The notes: generated by a model not told the origin, from the sequence alone. A DNA stretch of 64,000 nt from a virus (IMGVR_UViG_3300031521_000012:1-64000); one strand, 5' to 3'. Counted from the stretch's first letter, positions 8,804 through 17,758 are shown. Translations and numbers: made by a program.

Positions 8804-9058
8804 ATGAGCAAAACAATTAGGCATTCAGCAATACCAAGAAACAGGCATAAAAATAAAAAGAATAGATCAACCGATAAGTTCTTTGGTTATCGTGATGGCT
8901 ATACTGATGGTATGAGTAATCCCAAAAAGGGCATTGACTTTGTTAACTATGGCTATCCAAGTGATTATGATTTTAGAACCAAAGCTGAAATCATGCAGAA
9001 AGATGAAGCTAACGACCTGAAAGATATTTTAAATGAATTGATTGAAAGTGAATGTTAA
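8804..9058 (+). CDS. Hypothetical protein
   Basis: Likely start MSKTIRH downstream of promoter. Confidence 0.7.
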   Translation: MSKTIRHSAIPRNRHKNKKNRSTDKFFGYRDGYTDGMSNPKKGIDFVNYGYPSDYDFRTKAEIMQKDEANDLKDILNELIESEC

Positions 9059-9084
9059 CATATTTTAATTAAAAACATAAAGCT

Positions 9085-9429
9085 ATGACAAAAACAGGTA
9101 AGTTCACTAAGAAAGAAAAATATAAAATATATTGTACTGCATTAGCAATGTACAAAGCAAATTCCAATAAAGTATATTGGTCTTCATGGGGATTATGCGA
9201 AGCTATTGAACGAGCATTGAAGTCTATATATGGATATTCATACTTTGTGCAATATTCACCTTATTATCATGATATGATTGAGTTTTATCCTGAAATTGCT
9301 AAGCATAAGCCATTAAATAATTATAAGGATGGTTCATATTGGTTTGAAGTCAATTGTGAAGATGGTTATGATAAAAGAGTGACAATTCTTGAGCAGGCTA
9401 TTGAGAAAACTAAGCCAGTAGAGAAGTAA
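9085..9429 (+). CDS. Family-A paralogue
   Basis: WGLC...YPEIAKHKP...YWF...KRVTILEQAIEKTK. Confidence 0.85.
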   Translation: MTKTGKFTKKEKYKIYCTALAMYKANSNKVYWSSWGLCEAIERALKSIYGYSYFVQYSPYYHDMIEFYPEIAKHKPLNNYKDGSYWFEVNCEDGYDKRVTILEQAIEKTKPVEK

Positions 9430-9478
9430 TATTTTAATTAAAAACAGTTAATTATTTTTGAAATAAACCCTATCATTT

Positions 9479-9509
9479 TGTAACATTTGATAGGGTTTAT
9501 CCGTATTAT
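9479..9509 (+). promoter_or_regulatory. ECF-type phage promoter, -35 in hairpin loop
   Basis: AAACCCTATCA-ttttgtaacatt-TGATAGGGTTT then CGTATTAT. Confidence 0.85.
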
Positions 9510-9536
9510 AAGTATAACCACTTAACACAATGTACT

Positions 9537-9809
9537 ATGACAATGTTTAGCCACAATCCCGACAAGTTAATTTACACAGGTAAGAGTAAAGTTAAAAGAT
9601 ACCAATGTACGTTCATACGTTCAGGCAGACGTGATTTAGAAACAGTAACTATTGATCAGATGGATAAGGTTCAAGCACGTAGCCAGTGTGCCAAGGAATT
9701 TGGGAGGCTGGATTACTTTAATGCAGTTGATATACATGAACCAATTAAAATTGAAACTGATATTAAAGATGGCTATGGAAACATAGTTAAGGTAGGTGAC
9801 AAAATTTAA
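9537..9809 (+). CDS. Hypothetical protein
   Basis: ORF behind promoter. Confidence 0.75.
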   Translation: MTMFSHNPDKLIYTGKSKVKRYQCTFIRSGRRDLETVTIDQMDKVQARSQCAKEFGRLDYFNAVDIHEPIKIETDIKDGYGNIVKVGDKI

Positions 9810-9813
9810 TAAT

Positions 9814-10188
9814 ATGAAAAAGAGTAGAGTCATTGCTAACTATGGTATTGAGAGAAACAAAAAGCCATTAGCAAATATCATATACACTATTGAGGTTGTT
9901 TCACCTACTCAATTAAAACCAAGTACTGACTTGTCTAAGCTAGAAGAGTTTAAGTTCAAAGATTTGGGCTACATAACAATAACAAGTGAATATGAAGGTA
10001 AGGAAGAGAGTCGTGCTTGGAATGGATTTAGAACACCAAAGTATATTCAAACCTTATTAGGCGAAAAGCAATGGTCTAAATTTTGTCAGGGTAAAAGAAA
10101 GTTTGTTATTCAGCGTAGGTATGATGGTAAAAACATTAAACTTGTTAAGCAACAAATATTTAATCAAATATTAAATGATAACTTGTAA
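9814..10188 (+). CDS. Hypothetical protein
   Basis: ORF 9796-10188, likely ATG 9814. Confidence 0.75.
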   Translation: MKKSRVIANYGIERNKKPLANIIYTIEVVSPTQLKPSTDLSKLEEFKFKDLGYITITSEYEGKEESRAWNGFRTPKYIQTLLGEKQWSKFCQGKRKFVIQRRYDGKNIKLVKQQIFNQILNDNL

Positions 10189-10214
10189 CCTTTTCTACTT
10201 AAGAAACGTATTAT
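10184..10214 (+). promoter_or_regulatory. ECF-type phage promoter
   Basis: TGTAAC-N17-CGTATTAT overlapping upstream stop. Confidence 0.85.
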
Positions 10215-10240
10215 AGGTATAACCACTTAATCATAAAGCT

Positions 10241-10663
10241 ATGGAAAATAACATTAAACTAACCTTAGTTAAAACAGTTAACTATGATTTAAATCCATTC
10301 GGAAAGTTCTTAATTAAAGATATTGCATTTGATAAGAGAGCAACCAATGCTAATCCCAAAACGTTGTTATTCAACGTAATAACTTTCGATGAAAGAGCTG
10401 GTATGCCATATGATGAAGACCAGTATAATATGATAGTCAAGTACATGAAAAAGAATAAGACTGACATATTAGTAAGTAGAGATACTTACAATACAAATAC
10501 CTACTATACTCTTATGGGTAAAAATCTTGTTGAGATCACACATCCCAAACTTCGCATATATCAAAACTTTATTGAGAGTCATTTCTTAAAAGATGCACCA
10601 ATTGATGAAGCTTGGCAAAAGTTTGATGCTTGGTATAAAGCCAGTAAGTATGTCATTTTTTAA
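10241..10663 (+). CDS. Hypothetical protein
   Basis: ORF behind promoter. Confidence 0.8.
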   Translation: MENNIKLTLVKTVNYDLNPFGKFLIKDIAFDKRATNANPKTLLFNVITFDERAGMPYDEDQYNMIVKYMKKNKTDILVSRDTYNTNTYYTLMGKNLVEITHPKLRIYQNFIESHFLKDAPIDEAWQKFDAWYKASKYVIF

Positions 10664-10705
10664 TTAAAAACAGTTGTAATTAATTATAATTTAAACCCTA
10701 TCATT

Positions 10706-10736
10706 TGTAACATTTGATAGGGTTTAAACGTATTAT
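10706..10736 (+). promoter_or_regulatory. ECF-type phage promoter, -35 in hairpin loop
   Basis: TTAAACCCTATCA-tttgtaacatt-TGATAGGGTTTAA then CGTATTAT. Confidence 0.85.
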
Positions 10737-10763
10737 AGATATAACCACTTAAAACCTATTGTC

Positions 10764-11102
10764 ATGACAAAGAAAGAATTTAAAGAACTTGCAAGTGTAC
10801 ATATGTACGGCAAAAGAAGTAATGGCATGATAGCTATTTACTATGACTGGAAACAAGGTGAAATAGATGGTAATATTTTTGTTGGCTTTAAGTATGCTAT
10901 CTTCACAAGGCAGGGAAACATAACACAAGTTAAATTATTAAAGTTATTCTATGAATTGATTTTTGAGGTTAGCGAAGTTGATTTGCCATACTATGTAACA
11001 TTTGTAAAAGTAAGCGATATTAACAGATTTAAAGTTCCTATCACAAGTAACGGTTTAAATCATTTAGATAATATATATAATGAAGCTGAAAATCATTACT
11101 AA
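10764..11102 (+). CDS. Hypothetical protein
   Basis: ORF behind promoter. Confidence 0.8.
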   Translation: MTKKEFKELASVHMYGKRSNGMIAIYYDWKQGEIDGNIFVGFKYAIFTRQGNITQVKLLKLFYELIFEVSEVDLPYYVTFVKVSDINRFKVPITSNGLNHLDNIYNEAENHY

Positions 11103-11126
11103 TAATTAAAAATAAACCCTATCATT

Positions 11127-11157
11127 TGTAACATTTGATAGGGTTTAAACGTATTAT
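11127..11157 (+). promoter_or_regulatory. ECF-type phage promoter, -35 in hairpin loop
   Basis: AAACCCTATCA-tttgtaacatt-TGATAGGGTTT then CGTATTAT. Confidence 0.85.
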
Positions 11158-11185
11158 AAGTATAACCACTTAAAACCATAAAGCT

Positions 11186-11401
11186 ATGAAGACTTATTAT
11201 TATGACCTGCATGTTTTTTTCAGTAGAAATGATGGCTATTCAATTCCAATTGCACTTGAAAGCATTGATGAATTGTCCGAATATGAAGTAATTGAACTTG
11301 CAATTGAAATGGATTTATTTCAGGAAGATGGTGACCAAAATCAAGTCGATTATGTATTGAATATTGATGAAGTTGAATATAACCAAATGAAGGGAATTTA
11401 A
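11186..11401 (+). CDS. Small acidic protein
   Basis: ORF behind promoter, D/E-rich. Confidence 0.8.
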   Translation: MKTYYYDLHVFFSRNDGYSIPIALESIDELSEYEVIELAIEMDLFQEDGDQNQVDYVLNIDEVEYNQMKGI

Positions 11402-11423
11402 TCTAAAAATAAAGCCTACTATT

Positions 11424-11454
11424 TGTAACATTTAGTAGGCTTTATCCGTATAAT
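11424..11454 (+). promoter_or_regulatory. ECF-type phage promoter, -35 in hairpin loop
   Basis: AAAGCCTACTA-tttgtaacatt-TAGTAGGCTTT then CGTATAAT. Confidence 0.85.
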
Positions 11455-11482
11455 ATGTATAACCACTTAAAACCATAAAACT

Positions 11483-11755
11483 ATGTTCCTCGATGATCAA
11501 ATTATTCAGACAGTAAAAGAACTGACTAGCAAAAGAGAGTCAGCAGCAATCATCAAAGCAAATGTATTTAATACTTGCATTGATAAGTTACAGGCAGATC
11601 AAACCGTATTGGGTTTTGAGAAAGCATTACACAGGGTAAATTCATACTTTGATGTTGCAGCTAATAAGCTAAGCAAGCAAAACAATACTTGCATCAAAGT
11701 AGGTCAGTTCAATGCATTCGTTAATTCAACATTGAAAATTGCTAAATATTTATAA
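11483..11755 (+). CDS. Hypothetical protein
   Basis: ORF behind promoter. Confidence 0.8.
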   Translation: MFLDDQIIQTVKELTSKRESAAIIKANVFNTCIDKLQADQTVLGFEKALHRVNSYFDVAANKLSKQNNTCIKVGQFNAFVNSTLKIAKYL

Positions 11756-11792
11756 GCTATGACAAATCATTTTTAATTAAAAACTGTAAGCT

Positions 11793-11978
11793 ATGTATGA
11801 AATAATTGAAATTACTCATAAGAACTGGTATAATCTTACCAATCAATTGAATGCAAAGTCAGGTATTGAAGTCATTCAAGTATTGGAAACTGTAACACGT
11901 TATGGTCAATATCCTGAAGACCCAAAACACTATGAGTCACAAGTTTTAGTTAAAAACATTCTCACTGATATTGGATAA
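11793..11978 (+). CDS. Hypothetical protein
   Basis: Co-oriented small ORF. Confidence 0.65.
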   Translation: MYEIIEITHKNWYNLTNQLNAKSGIEVIQVLETVTRYGQYPEDPKHYESQVLVKNILTDIG

Positions 11979-12005
11979 ACTATTTTAAAAATAAACCCTA
12001 CTAAT

Positions 12006-12036
12006 TGTAACTTTTAGTAGGGTTTAAACGTATTAT
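12006..12036 (+). promoter_or_regulatory. ECF-type phage promoter, -35 in hairpin loop
   Basis: AAACCCTACTAA-ttgtaactt-TTAGTAGGGTTT then CGTATTAT. Confidence 0.85.
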
Positions 12037-12063
12037 AGATATAACCACTTAACACTTAAAATC

Positions 12064-13293
12064 ATGTTGGAAACAGGAATAGTCCATTTCTCAATAGGTG
12101 AGGAGTTTGGAATAAGAATAATGGAAATTGCTCAAGAACATTTAATCTATGGAAACAATCCTATCAAAGCATTAAGAACCATTACTGACAGTCTTATGGG
12201 TTGTCCAGATGATCTGGCACTCAGAATTTTAAAAGGTGATATGGTTTTACCTGTTGATGTTGATACGCAAGAAGTTATTTGTCAAGATCGTATTCCAGTT
12301 GTTCATGATCAATATCCTAAAATTGATGTATTGTATTATGCTCAATCCAATGCAGGTGTTATTGAAGATCATACGCATGATTTTATTGAGTCGTTTAATA
12401 TTTTGCAAAACAGAATTAGATATAATTCTTATAAGTTCAGTTTTAGTTTTGATATCAATTCAATACTGAAATATTGCTCAGGTGATGATAGTGGAATATT
12501 AGATGAACTTGAATACGATGCAGAGGTTAATGGTATTGGTGCATTGGTTAAGTGTGCAAAGATATTCATTGAAAAGGGAATGAAAACCATATCCATATTG
12601 GATTGGATGATCAAAAATTGGGGACATGACAAAAATTTCATGGATGATAATAAGCCATTTATTGAAAACATGTGCGTTAATGAAGATGAATATTTGGTAT
12701 TGTATAATAGAAAACTAATGTCCGATTGTATTATGCAGGTCGTACAAGCATTGCAAACAACTGTTGATGGTTCATTTAAAGTTGATGATATTGATGAAGA
12801 CAATAGCTTGCAAAACTATATTGATGCTTCACTGGAAATCAATAAGGTATTGTCCACTGAAATTCAACCTGTTAACATATTAGATAAATACAGCGCAGGT
12901 TGGTTAAGTCCCGAAGGTGATTTTTATGCTTTGAACGGTGAAATTGCAAATATGCTTCACAATCAAATTGCAGATGCTTTACAGGAAAAAGGAATTGTAC
13001 CTAGTGATGAAATATTAGATAATCATTCCAAAGATGCATGGCTTGAACAACAAGGTTGGGTAAAAATACATGGAGATAATGTACAGTTCGGTGGTTGCTT
13101 GAATAGTCAAATTGGTTTAATCAATGTTGATATAACCAATGTACAAGCAAGGCTAATATATGAATATGGGCAAATAGCTTGTAATGGTGTATTATCAATG
13201 GGCTGGAAACGTGAACGCATTTCAGCGGTGAAGTTTCAAATGTTATATGAAGCAAACATACCGTTTTTAAATAAAACATATTTTGAGTTTTAG
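12064..13293 (+). CDS. Hypothetical protein (409 aa)
   Basis: Long ORF; C-terminal GWLSPEGDFY...H...GWVKI module. Confidence 0.85.
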   Translation: MLETGIVHFSIGEEFGIRIMEIAQEHLIYGNNPIKALRTITDSLMGCPDDLALRILKGDMVLPVDVDTQEVICQDRIPVVHDQYPKIDVLYYAQSNAGVIEDHTHDFIESFNILQNRIRYNSYKFSFSFDINSILKYCSGDDSGILDELEYDAEVNGIGALVKCAKIFIEKGMKTISILDWMIKNWGHDKNFMDDNKPFIENMCVNEDEYLVLYNRKLMSDCIMQVVQALQTTVDGSFKVDDIDEDNSLQNYIDASLEINKVLSTEIQPVNILDKYSAGWLSPEGDFYALNGEIANMLHNQIADALQEKGIVPSDEILDNHSKDAWLEQQGWVKIHGDNVQFGGCLNSQIGLINVDITNVQARLIYEYGQIACNGVLSMGWKRERISAVKFQMLYEANIPFLNKTYFEF

Positions 13294-13326
13294 TGGTTAT
13301 AAACTTTAAATAAAAAAGCCAGTCAT

Positions 13327-13357
13327 TGTAACATTTGACTGGCTTTAAACGTATAAT
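13327..13357 (+). promoter_or_regulatory. ECF-type phage promoter, -35 in hairpin loop
   Basis: AAAGCCAGTCA-ttgtaacatt-TGACTGGCTTT then CGTATAAT. Confidence 0.85.
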
Positions 13358-13380
13358 AGATATACTAATAACATAAAGCA

Positions 13381-13776
13381 ATGGAAGATACTTTAATCAC
13401 ACTAAAAACATTTCATTCAGCTAAGGAAAAGGGTTTCAGTAATATCAAAACCTTTTACGATAGAGTAAAGAAAAGCTATTGTGATGCAAGAGGTGAGCCA
13501 ACAAATGAAACTTATTTCCGTGCTGAACTTGTGACTGAAGAGGTTATTCCTACTCAATCACTTTTGGCTAAATGGCTACGTGAAGTACATTTAATTTATA
13601 TTAGTGTTATCATATCCGATACTGATGATTATATTAATGAACCACGTTATAAGGTTGAAGTAAGAATGAGAAGAGGTGATATGCTTAAAATGTTTAAAAC
13701 AACCTATATGTTTTTAAAGTATGATGATGCTTTAGAAACGGGTTTACAAGAAGCATTAAAATTGATAAAGTTATAA
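13381..13776 (+). CDS. Hypothetical phage protein
   Basis: PTQSLLAKWLREVH...ALETGLQEALKLI. Confidence 0.8.
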   Translation: MEDTLITLKTFHSAKEKGFSNIKTFYDRVKKSYCDARGEPTNETYFRAELVTEEVIPTQSLLAKWLREVHLIYISVIISDTDDYINEPRYKVEVRMRRGDMLKMFKTTYMFLKYDDALETGLQEALKLIKL

Positions 13777-13796
13777 CATTTTTAATTAAAAATTGT

Positions 13797-14000
13797 ATGT
13801 CAAAAATTATATTAGACGTTACTGATTGTAACGTCAGAGAGTTATCAATAGTTCATGATGCTTTAAAATCATTAAATAAAGCAGTAGCAAGCATGAAAGT
13901 GTTTAGTGATACATTTGTGTCGGTAAGCAAAGATAATGCAGCAGAAGCAGCTAAAATGAACGATATTGATACTAATGCTATATGTGAACATTTCTTTTAG
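13797..14000 (+). CDS. Hypothetical protein
   Basis: Co-oriented small ORF. Confidence 0.65.
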   Translation: MSKIILDVTDCNVRELSIVHDALKSLNKAVASMKVFSDTFVSVSKDNAAEAAKMNDIDTNAICEHFF

Positions 14001-14068
14001 GCTTAAGTGGTTTTAAGTTTTAATTAAAAATTGCATGGCTATATTGGTCATGCTTTTTTGTTATTATT

Positions 14069-14098
14069 TGTAACTTTTAACCAAGTCAAACGTATTAT
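14069..14098 (+). promoter_or_regulatory. ECF-type phage promoter
   Basis: TGTAAC-N16-CGTATTAT. Confidence 0.85.
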
Positions 14099-14126
14099 AG
14101 ATATAACCACTTAAAATCTAAACACA

Positions 14127-14356
14127 ATGGCAACTAAAAAAATTAAAACAAACAGAGCAGTTCTTAATTCAATGATTAAAGAACTGAATGATTTTGAATT
14201 AGCAATCCTCAGAGAGAGAGAATTATGACTTCAGCAACCAATGTTGTTGCATCCAAAGAACAACTGATGGTATCAATGAAAGATCATTTCATTTCACCTA
14301 TGCTTTATGTAGGCACAATGGAAAGAGTTTTGAAACTTGTTAAGTTTGATGATTAA
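14127..14356 (+). pseudogene. 75-aa gene interrupted by a frameshift in an (AG)5 tract
   Basis: Removing one AG at 14211-14220 joins MATKKIK...LRER to IMTSAT...VKFDD*. Confidence 0.7.
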
Positions 14357-14376
14357 CAGTTTTTAATTAAAAAGCT

Positions 14377-14502
14377 ATGAAACTGTATATCCAAAAGTTC
14401 ATCAAGAAATATCATATTGCATTATACATACTAAAGATAGTTCTTGTAATGTCAGCAATGACTTATTACCTATCACATGTAACAGTAACAGCTAAATTCT
14501 AA
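14377..14502 (+). CDS. Small membrane peptide (41 aa)
   Basis: MKLYIQK...IALYILKIVLVMSAMTYYL; AAAGCT-ATG leader like neighbours. Confidence 0.55.
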   Translation: MKLYIQKFIKKYHIALYILKIVLVMSAMTYYLSHVTVTAKF

Positions 14503-14506
14503 AGCT

Positions 14507-14650
14507 ATGAAAAAGTTCATTGTCAAACATAAAGCTATCATATTTATATCAATAGTTATTATCATTGGAGTATCAGCATTTTTATACTTTCATGGAGTGC
14601 CTGTTGATAGTGCAGAAAAGTTCACTTGGGATAACCTGTTGAACGGTTAA
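14507..14650 (+). CDS. Small membrane peptide (47 aa)
   Basis: MKKFIVKHKAIIFISIVIIIGVSAFLYF; AAAGCT-ATG leader. Confidence 0.55.
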   Translation: MKKFIVKHKAIIFISIVIIIGVSAFLYFHGVPVDSAEKFTWDNLLNG

Positions 14651-14841
14651 GAATGAGTATTAACATATGTTATAAACCAGCCTAAAGAAAGCATAGTATG
14701 GACAGAGCGCCCCCGAAGTAATTACTTCTAAATATAATAACAAATGTTATAAGACAAATTTTAAAAAGCAATGGTTATGGTGACCCATTGCTTTTTTTAA
14801 TTAAAAACAGTTGATTATTAATTAAAAAAGTTTATACTTTT

Positions 14842-14872
14842 TGTAACATTTAACCCTACTTAAACGTATTAT
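14842..14872 (+). promoter_or_regulatory. ECF-type phage promoter
   Basis: TGTAAC-N17-CGTATTAT; drives non-coding unit B. Confidence 0.85.
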
Positions 14873-14876
14873 ATGT

Positions 14877-14953
14877 ATACAGCGGAGTTACACTAGGGGT
14901 ATCGGTAATCCACTCCTGCAATAGAGTGTAAGTTTAGAATGATTCTAAATTAG
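14877..14953 (+). ncRNA. Conserved non-coding unit B
   Basis: ATACAGCGGAGTTACACTAGGGGTATCGGTAATCCACTCCTGCAATAGAGTGTAAG then TTTAGAATGATTCTAAAT. Confidence 0.6.
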
Positions 14954-15068
14954 CAATATTTGTAACATGTTTACAAAATAGTGATCACATATTACTATTA
15001 ATGACTATCTTTGCAAAGATAATGGGTAATAAAACTACTTAAAATATTATCAATTAATTGTGATAATC

Positions 15069-15098
15069 TGTAACCTTTTGCCTTGTCAAACGTATTAT
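15069..15098 (+). promoter_or_regulatory. ECF-type phage promoter
   Basis: TGTAAC-N16-CGTATTAT. Confidence 0.85.
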
Positions 15099-15120
15099 AG
15101 ATATAACCAAAACTTTTATT

Positions 15121-15918
15121 ATGAACTTCACAACAATTGGAAAAGCCACAAAGGAAACAAAGTTATCTTATTTAGGTGGAATTAATATTTCGGCAAAGAT
15201 AATTAAGAACATGAAAGTTAGTGATAACTATACATATCTTATCTACCTTGCACCTGCTAATCAAAGTGGTTACAACGTTTGCAGTCATTCTACTCCTGAA
15301 TGTCGTTTAGGTTGCTTGTCAACAAGTGGTCGGGCTGGTATGGATATTACTTGCGGTGCAAATATTATCAAAAATGCTCGAATAGCCAAAACAAAATTGT
15401 TTTTTGAACAACCTACTTTCTTTATGGATTGGTTAATTGCTGACTTAATTAAGTTTGAAAAGAAAGCTATCAAAGATGGTTTTGCATTTTCAGTAAGACT
15501 TAATGGAACTTCGGATATTGATTGGGCAAATGTTTTGCACAATGGTAAGAATATCTTTGATACTTTTCCACACGTGACTTTTTATGATTATAGTAAACGA
15601 TTTGAAAAGTTTATTGATACTCCAAAAAATTATCACTTAACATACTCCTATACTGGTCGTAATTGGGACAATGCAAATGTACTACTTCAACAAGGTAAGA
15701 ATGTAGCAGTTGTATTTAATGTAGGTAAAAAAGAAGAGTTACCTGCAACGTTTAGAGGTTATGAAGTTATAAACGGTGATTTAACCGACTACCGGGTTAC
15801 AGACGGTTCAGGTGTTATTGTTGGTTTACGTTTCAAACATATTCAAAATAAAGAGGTTGAAAAAAGAATAATTAACAGTTGTTTTGTAGTTCAGCCTAAT
15901 GATATTGATTGTAAATAA
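15121..15918 (+). CDS. GP88-like phage protein (Cys cluster)
   Basis: NVCSHSTPECRLGCL..SGR, VRLNGTSDI, FYDYSK, NGDLTDYR. Confidence 0.7.
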   Translation: MNFTTIGKATKETKLSYLGGINISAKIIKNMKVSDNYTYLIYLAPANQSGYNVCSHSTPECRLGCLSTSGRAGMDITCGANIIKNARIAKTKLFFEQPTFFMDWLIADLIKFEKKAIKDGFAFSVRLNGTSDIDWANVLHNGKNIFDTFPHVTFYDYSKRFEKFIDTPKNYHLTYSYTGRNWDNANVLLQQGKNVAVVFNVGKKEELPATFRGYEVINGDLTDYRVTDGSGVIVGLRFKHIQNKEVEKRIINSCFVVQPNDIDCK

Positions 15919-15929
15919 TTCTTTGCTCA

Positions 15930-15975
15930 AATTAGAATTGACTAGTATTTATCTTAGTATTAGTCAATTCTAATT
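15930..15975 (+). promoter_or_regulatory. 15-bp perfect inverted repeat with GTATTTAT (candidate late promoter) in loop
   Basis: AATTAGAATTGACTA-gtatttatcttagtat-TAGTCAATTCTAATT, 11 nt before HNH start. Confidence 0.5.
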
Positions 15976-15986
15976 AAAATAATATT

Positions 15987-16547
15987 ATGAATGAAATTTG
16001 GAAACCAATTGAAGATTACCTAGGCTACTATGAAGTATCTAATTATGGTAATGTACGTAGCTTAAAGAGAAAATTTGCTAATGGTCGAATATTAAAACCT
16101 GCAACAAACAAATATGGATATTTACAAGTAGGTTTATGTTTTGAAAGTAAACTGAGTAGCTATACGGTTCATTCCTTAGTTGCAAAAGCATTTATACCTA
16201 ATCCAGAAAATAGACCTACTGTTAATCACAAAGATGGAATTAAATCAAATTGTCACTACTTAAATCTTGAATGGGCTACTAAATCTGAACAAGCAATACA
16301 TTCATTAAGAACAGGCTTGAGAGTAATGCCTGAAAATTGGAAAGGTAAATTTGGTTCTAAGCATGGAGCAAGTAAATATGTTATTAAGCTATCAATGTAC
16401 GATGAATATATTTGTGAATATGGCTCAATGATTGAAGCTGCAAATATCAATAATATTGATGCTGGTCAAATAACAAATGTATGTAAAGGAAATAAAAAAA
16501 CAGCAGGTGGATTTAAATGGAAATATAAAGCAATTGTTGTAACATAA
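15987..16547 (+). CDS. NUMOD4-HNH homing endonuclease with C-terminal NUMOD1-like domain
   Basis: EIWKPI...YEVSNYGNVRS, VNHKDGIKSNC..NLEW, CKGNKKTAGGFKWKY. Confidence 0.9.
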   Translation: MNEIWKPIEDYLGYYEVSNYGNVRSLKRKFANGRILKPATNKYGYLQVGLCFESKLSSYTVHSLVAKAFIPNPENRPTVNHKDGIKSNCHYLNLEWATKSEQAIHSLRTGLRVMPENWKGKFGSKHGASKYVIKLSMYDEYICEYGSMIEAANINNIDAGQITNVCKGNKKTAGGFKWKYKAIVVT

Positions 16548-16568
16548 TACCACCAATGTACGTATAAT
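16538..16568 (+). promoter_or_regulatory. ECF-type phage promoter
   Basis: TGTAAC-N17-CGTATAAT. Confidence 0.8.
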
Positions 16569-16631
16569 AGTTATATGCAATTAAGCAATGTACAACTTTT
16601 AATTAAAAACAATCATTAAAACATAACCACA

Positions 16632-16871
16632 ATGGATATTCAAATTAATTACAGCGGTTGGTTAATAATACCAGAAGAAGATTTAAAAATTATGAAGATC
16701 AATGAGAAGCATGAATTTGTTGACGTTGATACTACTGATATGACAACAATCGAAATTGTTGGTATGTTAAATGATGGCAAAGCAATGCTTAAATCATTCA
16801 ATGACACATTGATGAATTCAAGTGATTATAATAATGATACAATCACATTTGATGTTGAAGAGCCATTTTAA
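16632..16871 (+). CDS. Small acidic protein
   Basis: ORF behind promoter. Confidence 0.75.
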   Translation: MDIQINYSGWLIIPEEDLKIMKINEKHEFVDVDTTDMTTIEIVGMLNDGKAMLKSFNDTLMNSSDYNNDTITFDVEEPF

Positions 16872-16873
16872 TC

Positions 16874-16904
16874 TGTAACTTATTACCCTACTTATACGTA
16901 TTAT
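16874..16904 (+). promoter_or_regulatory. ECF-type phage promoter
   Basis: TGTAAC-N17-CGTATTAT. Confidence 0.85.
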
Positions 16905-16958
16905 ATGTATAAGCAATGTACAACTAATCAATTAACCACAATACTAATACTAAACACA

Positions 16959-17402
16959 ATGGGAAACGTTAAAGCAAATCTCCGTCAACAATACATTGAT
17001 AACATAATGTCAACAAAATTCAAAGATGATGATGGCTATGTCGATGATAACCTAACATACTTACAATCATTAACACTTGATGAATTGGAGCTATTGTCGA
17101 ATGAATGTGATAGCTATGAAGATAATGAAGATGATGATGAAGCAACACATGTTGTTGTGCCTGAATTCATTCGAGAAATTGATTTTAAGCTATTGAGAGA
17201 GCAGAAAGCATTGTTGCTTAAGATAATTAATATTTGTCAAGGTGCAAATGATTTAACCAGTTCTGAAATTGCTACACTGGTTAAGGCAGAAGAGCTTGAT
17301 GGCATTGTACACTTGCTTGATGCTTTACAAGACTATTGTACGGATGAACTTGGCATTGATGAAATTGAAGTGTTTGGTGATCTTAACGATGAAGGAGAAT
17401 AA
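16959..17402 (+). CDS. Acidic hypothetical protein
   Basis: Likely start MGNVK at 16959; strongly D/E-rich. Confidence 0.75.
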   Translation: MGNVKANLRQQYIDNIMSTKFKDDDGYVDDNLTYLQSLTLDELELLSNECDSYEDNEDDDEATHVVVPEFIREIDFKLLREQKALLLKIINICQGANDLTSSEIATLVKAEELDGIVHLLDALQDYCTDELGIDEIEVFGDLNDEGE

Positions 17403-17696
17403 GTGATGAAAATAATTAAAGAAGTAATTATCGTAGCATTTTGTATGTATCACTACAATACTGGCAGTGCTAATAATGGTATACGTGATGTAGAAATTCA
17501 AATGCCTATTGAAAAAATGGATAAGGCATTACAAACTAAAAGAATTATTGATCGTGCATATGAAGCAACTCAAAAAGAGCAATATGATTCATACGCTTAT
17601 TATATTGGCAATCAAATGCTAGAAGCTAGAATGCTTCAAGGCTATATTTCATCCGAAGCAAGTGTTTATGTGGTTACTACTAAGAAAGTAATATAG
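17403..17696 (+). CDS. Hypothetical protein
   Basis: Abutting co-oriented ORF. Confidence 0.7.
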   Translation: MMKIIKEVIIVAFCMYHYNTGSANNGIRDVEIQMPIEKMDKALQTKRIIDRAYEATQKEQYDSYAYYIGNQMLEARMLQGYISSEASVYVVTTKKVI

Positions 17697-17719
17697 TCAT
17701 TGTACAACTACCATTAATC

Positions 17720-17758
17720 AATCCTCCGTATTTATGTCATATATAAGTACGGAGGATT
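17720..17758 (+). promoter_or_regulatory. Inverted repeat containing GTATTTAT before GNAT gene
   Basis: AATCCTCCGTA...TACGGAGGATT ending 6 nt before ATG. Confidence 0.5.
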
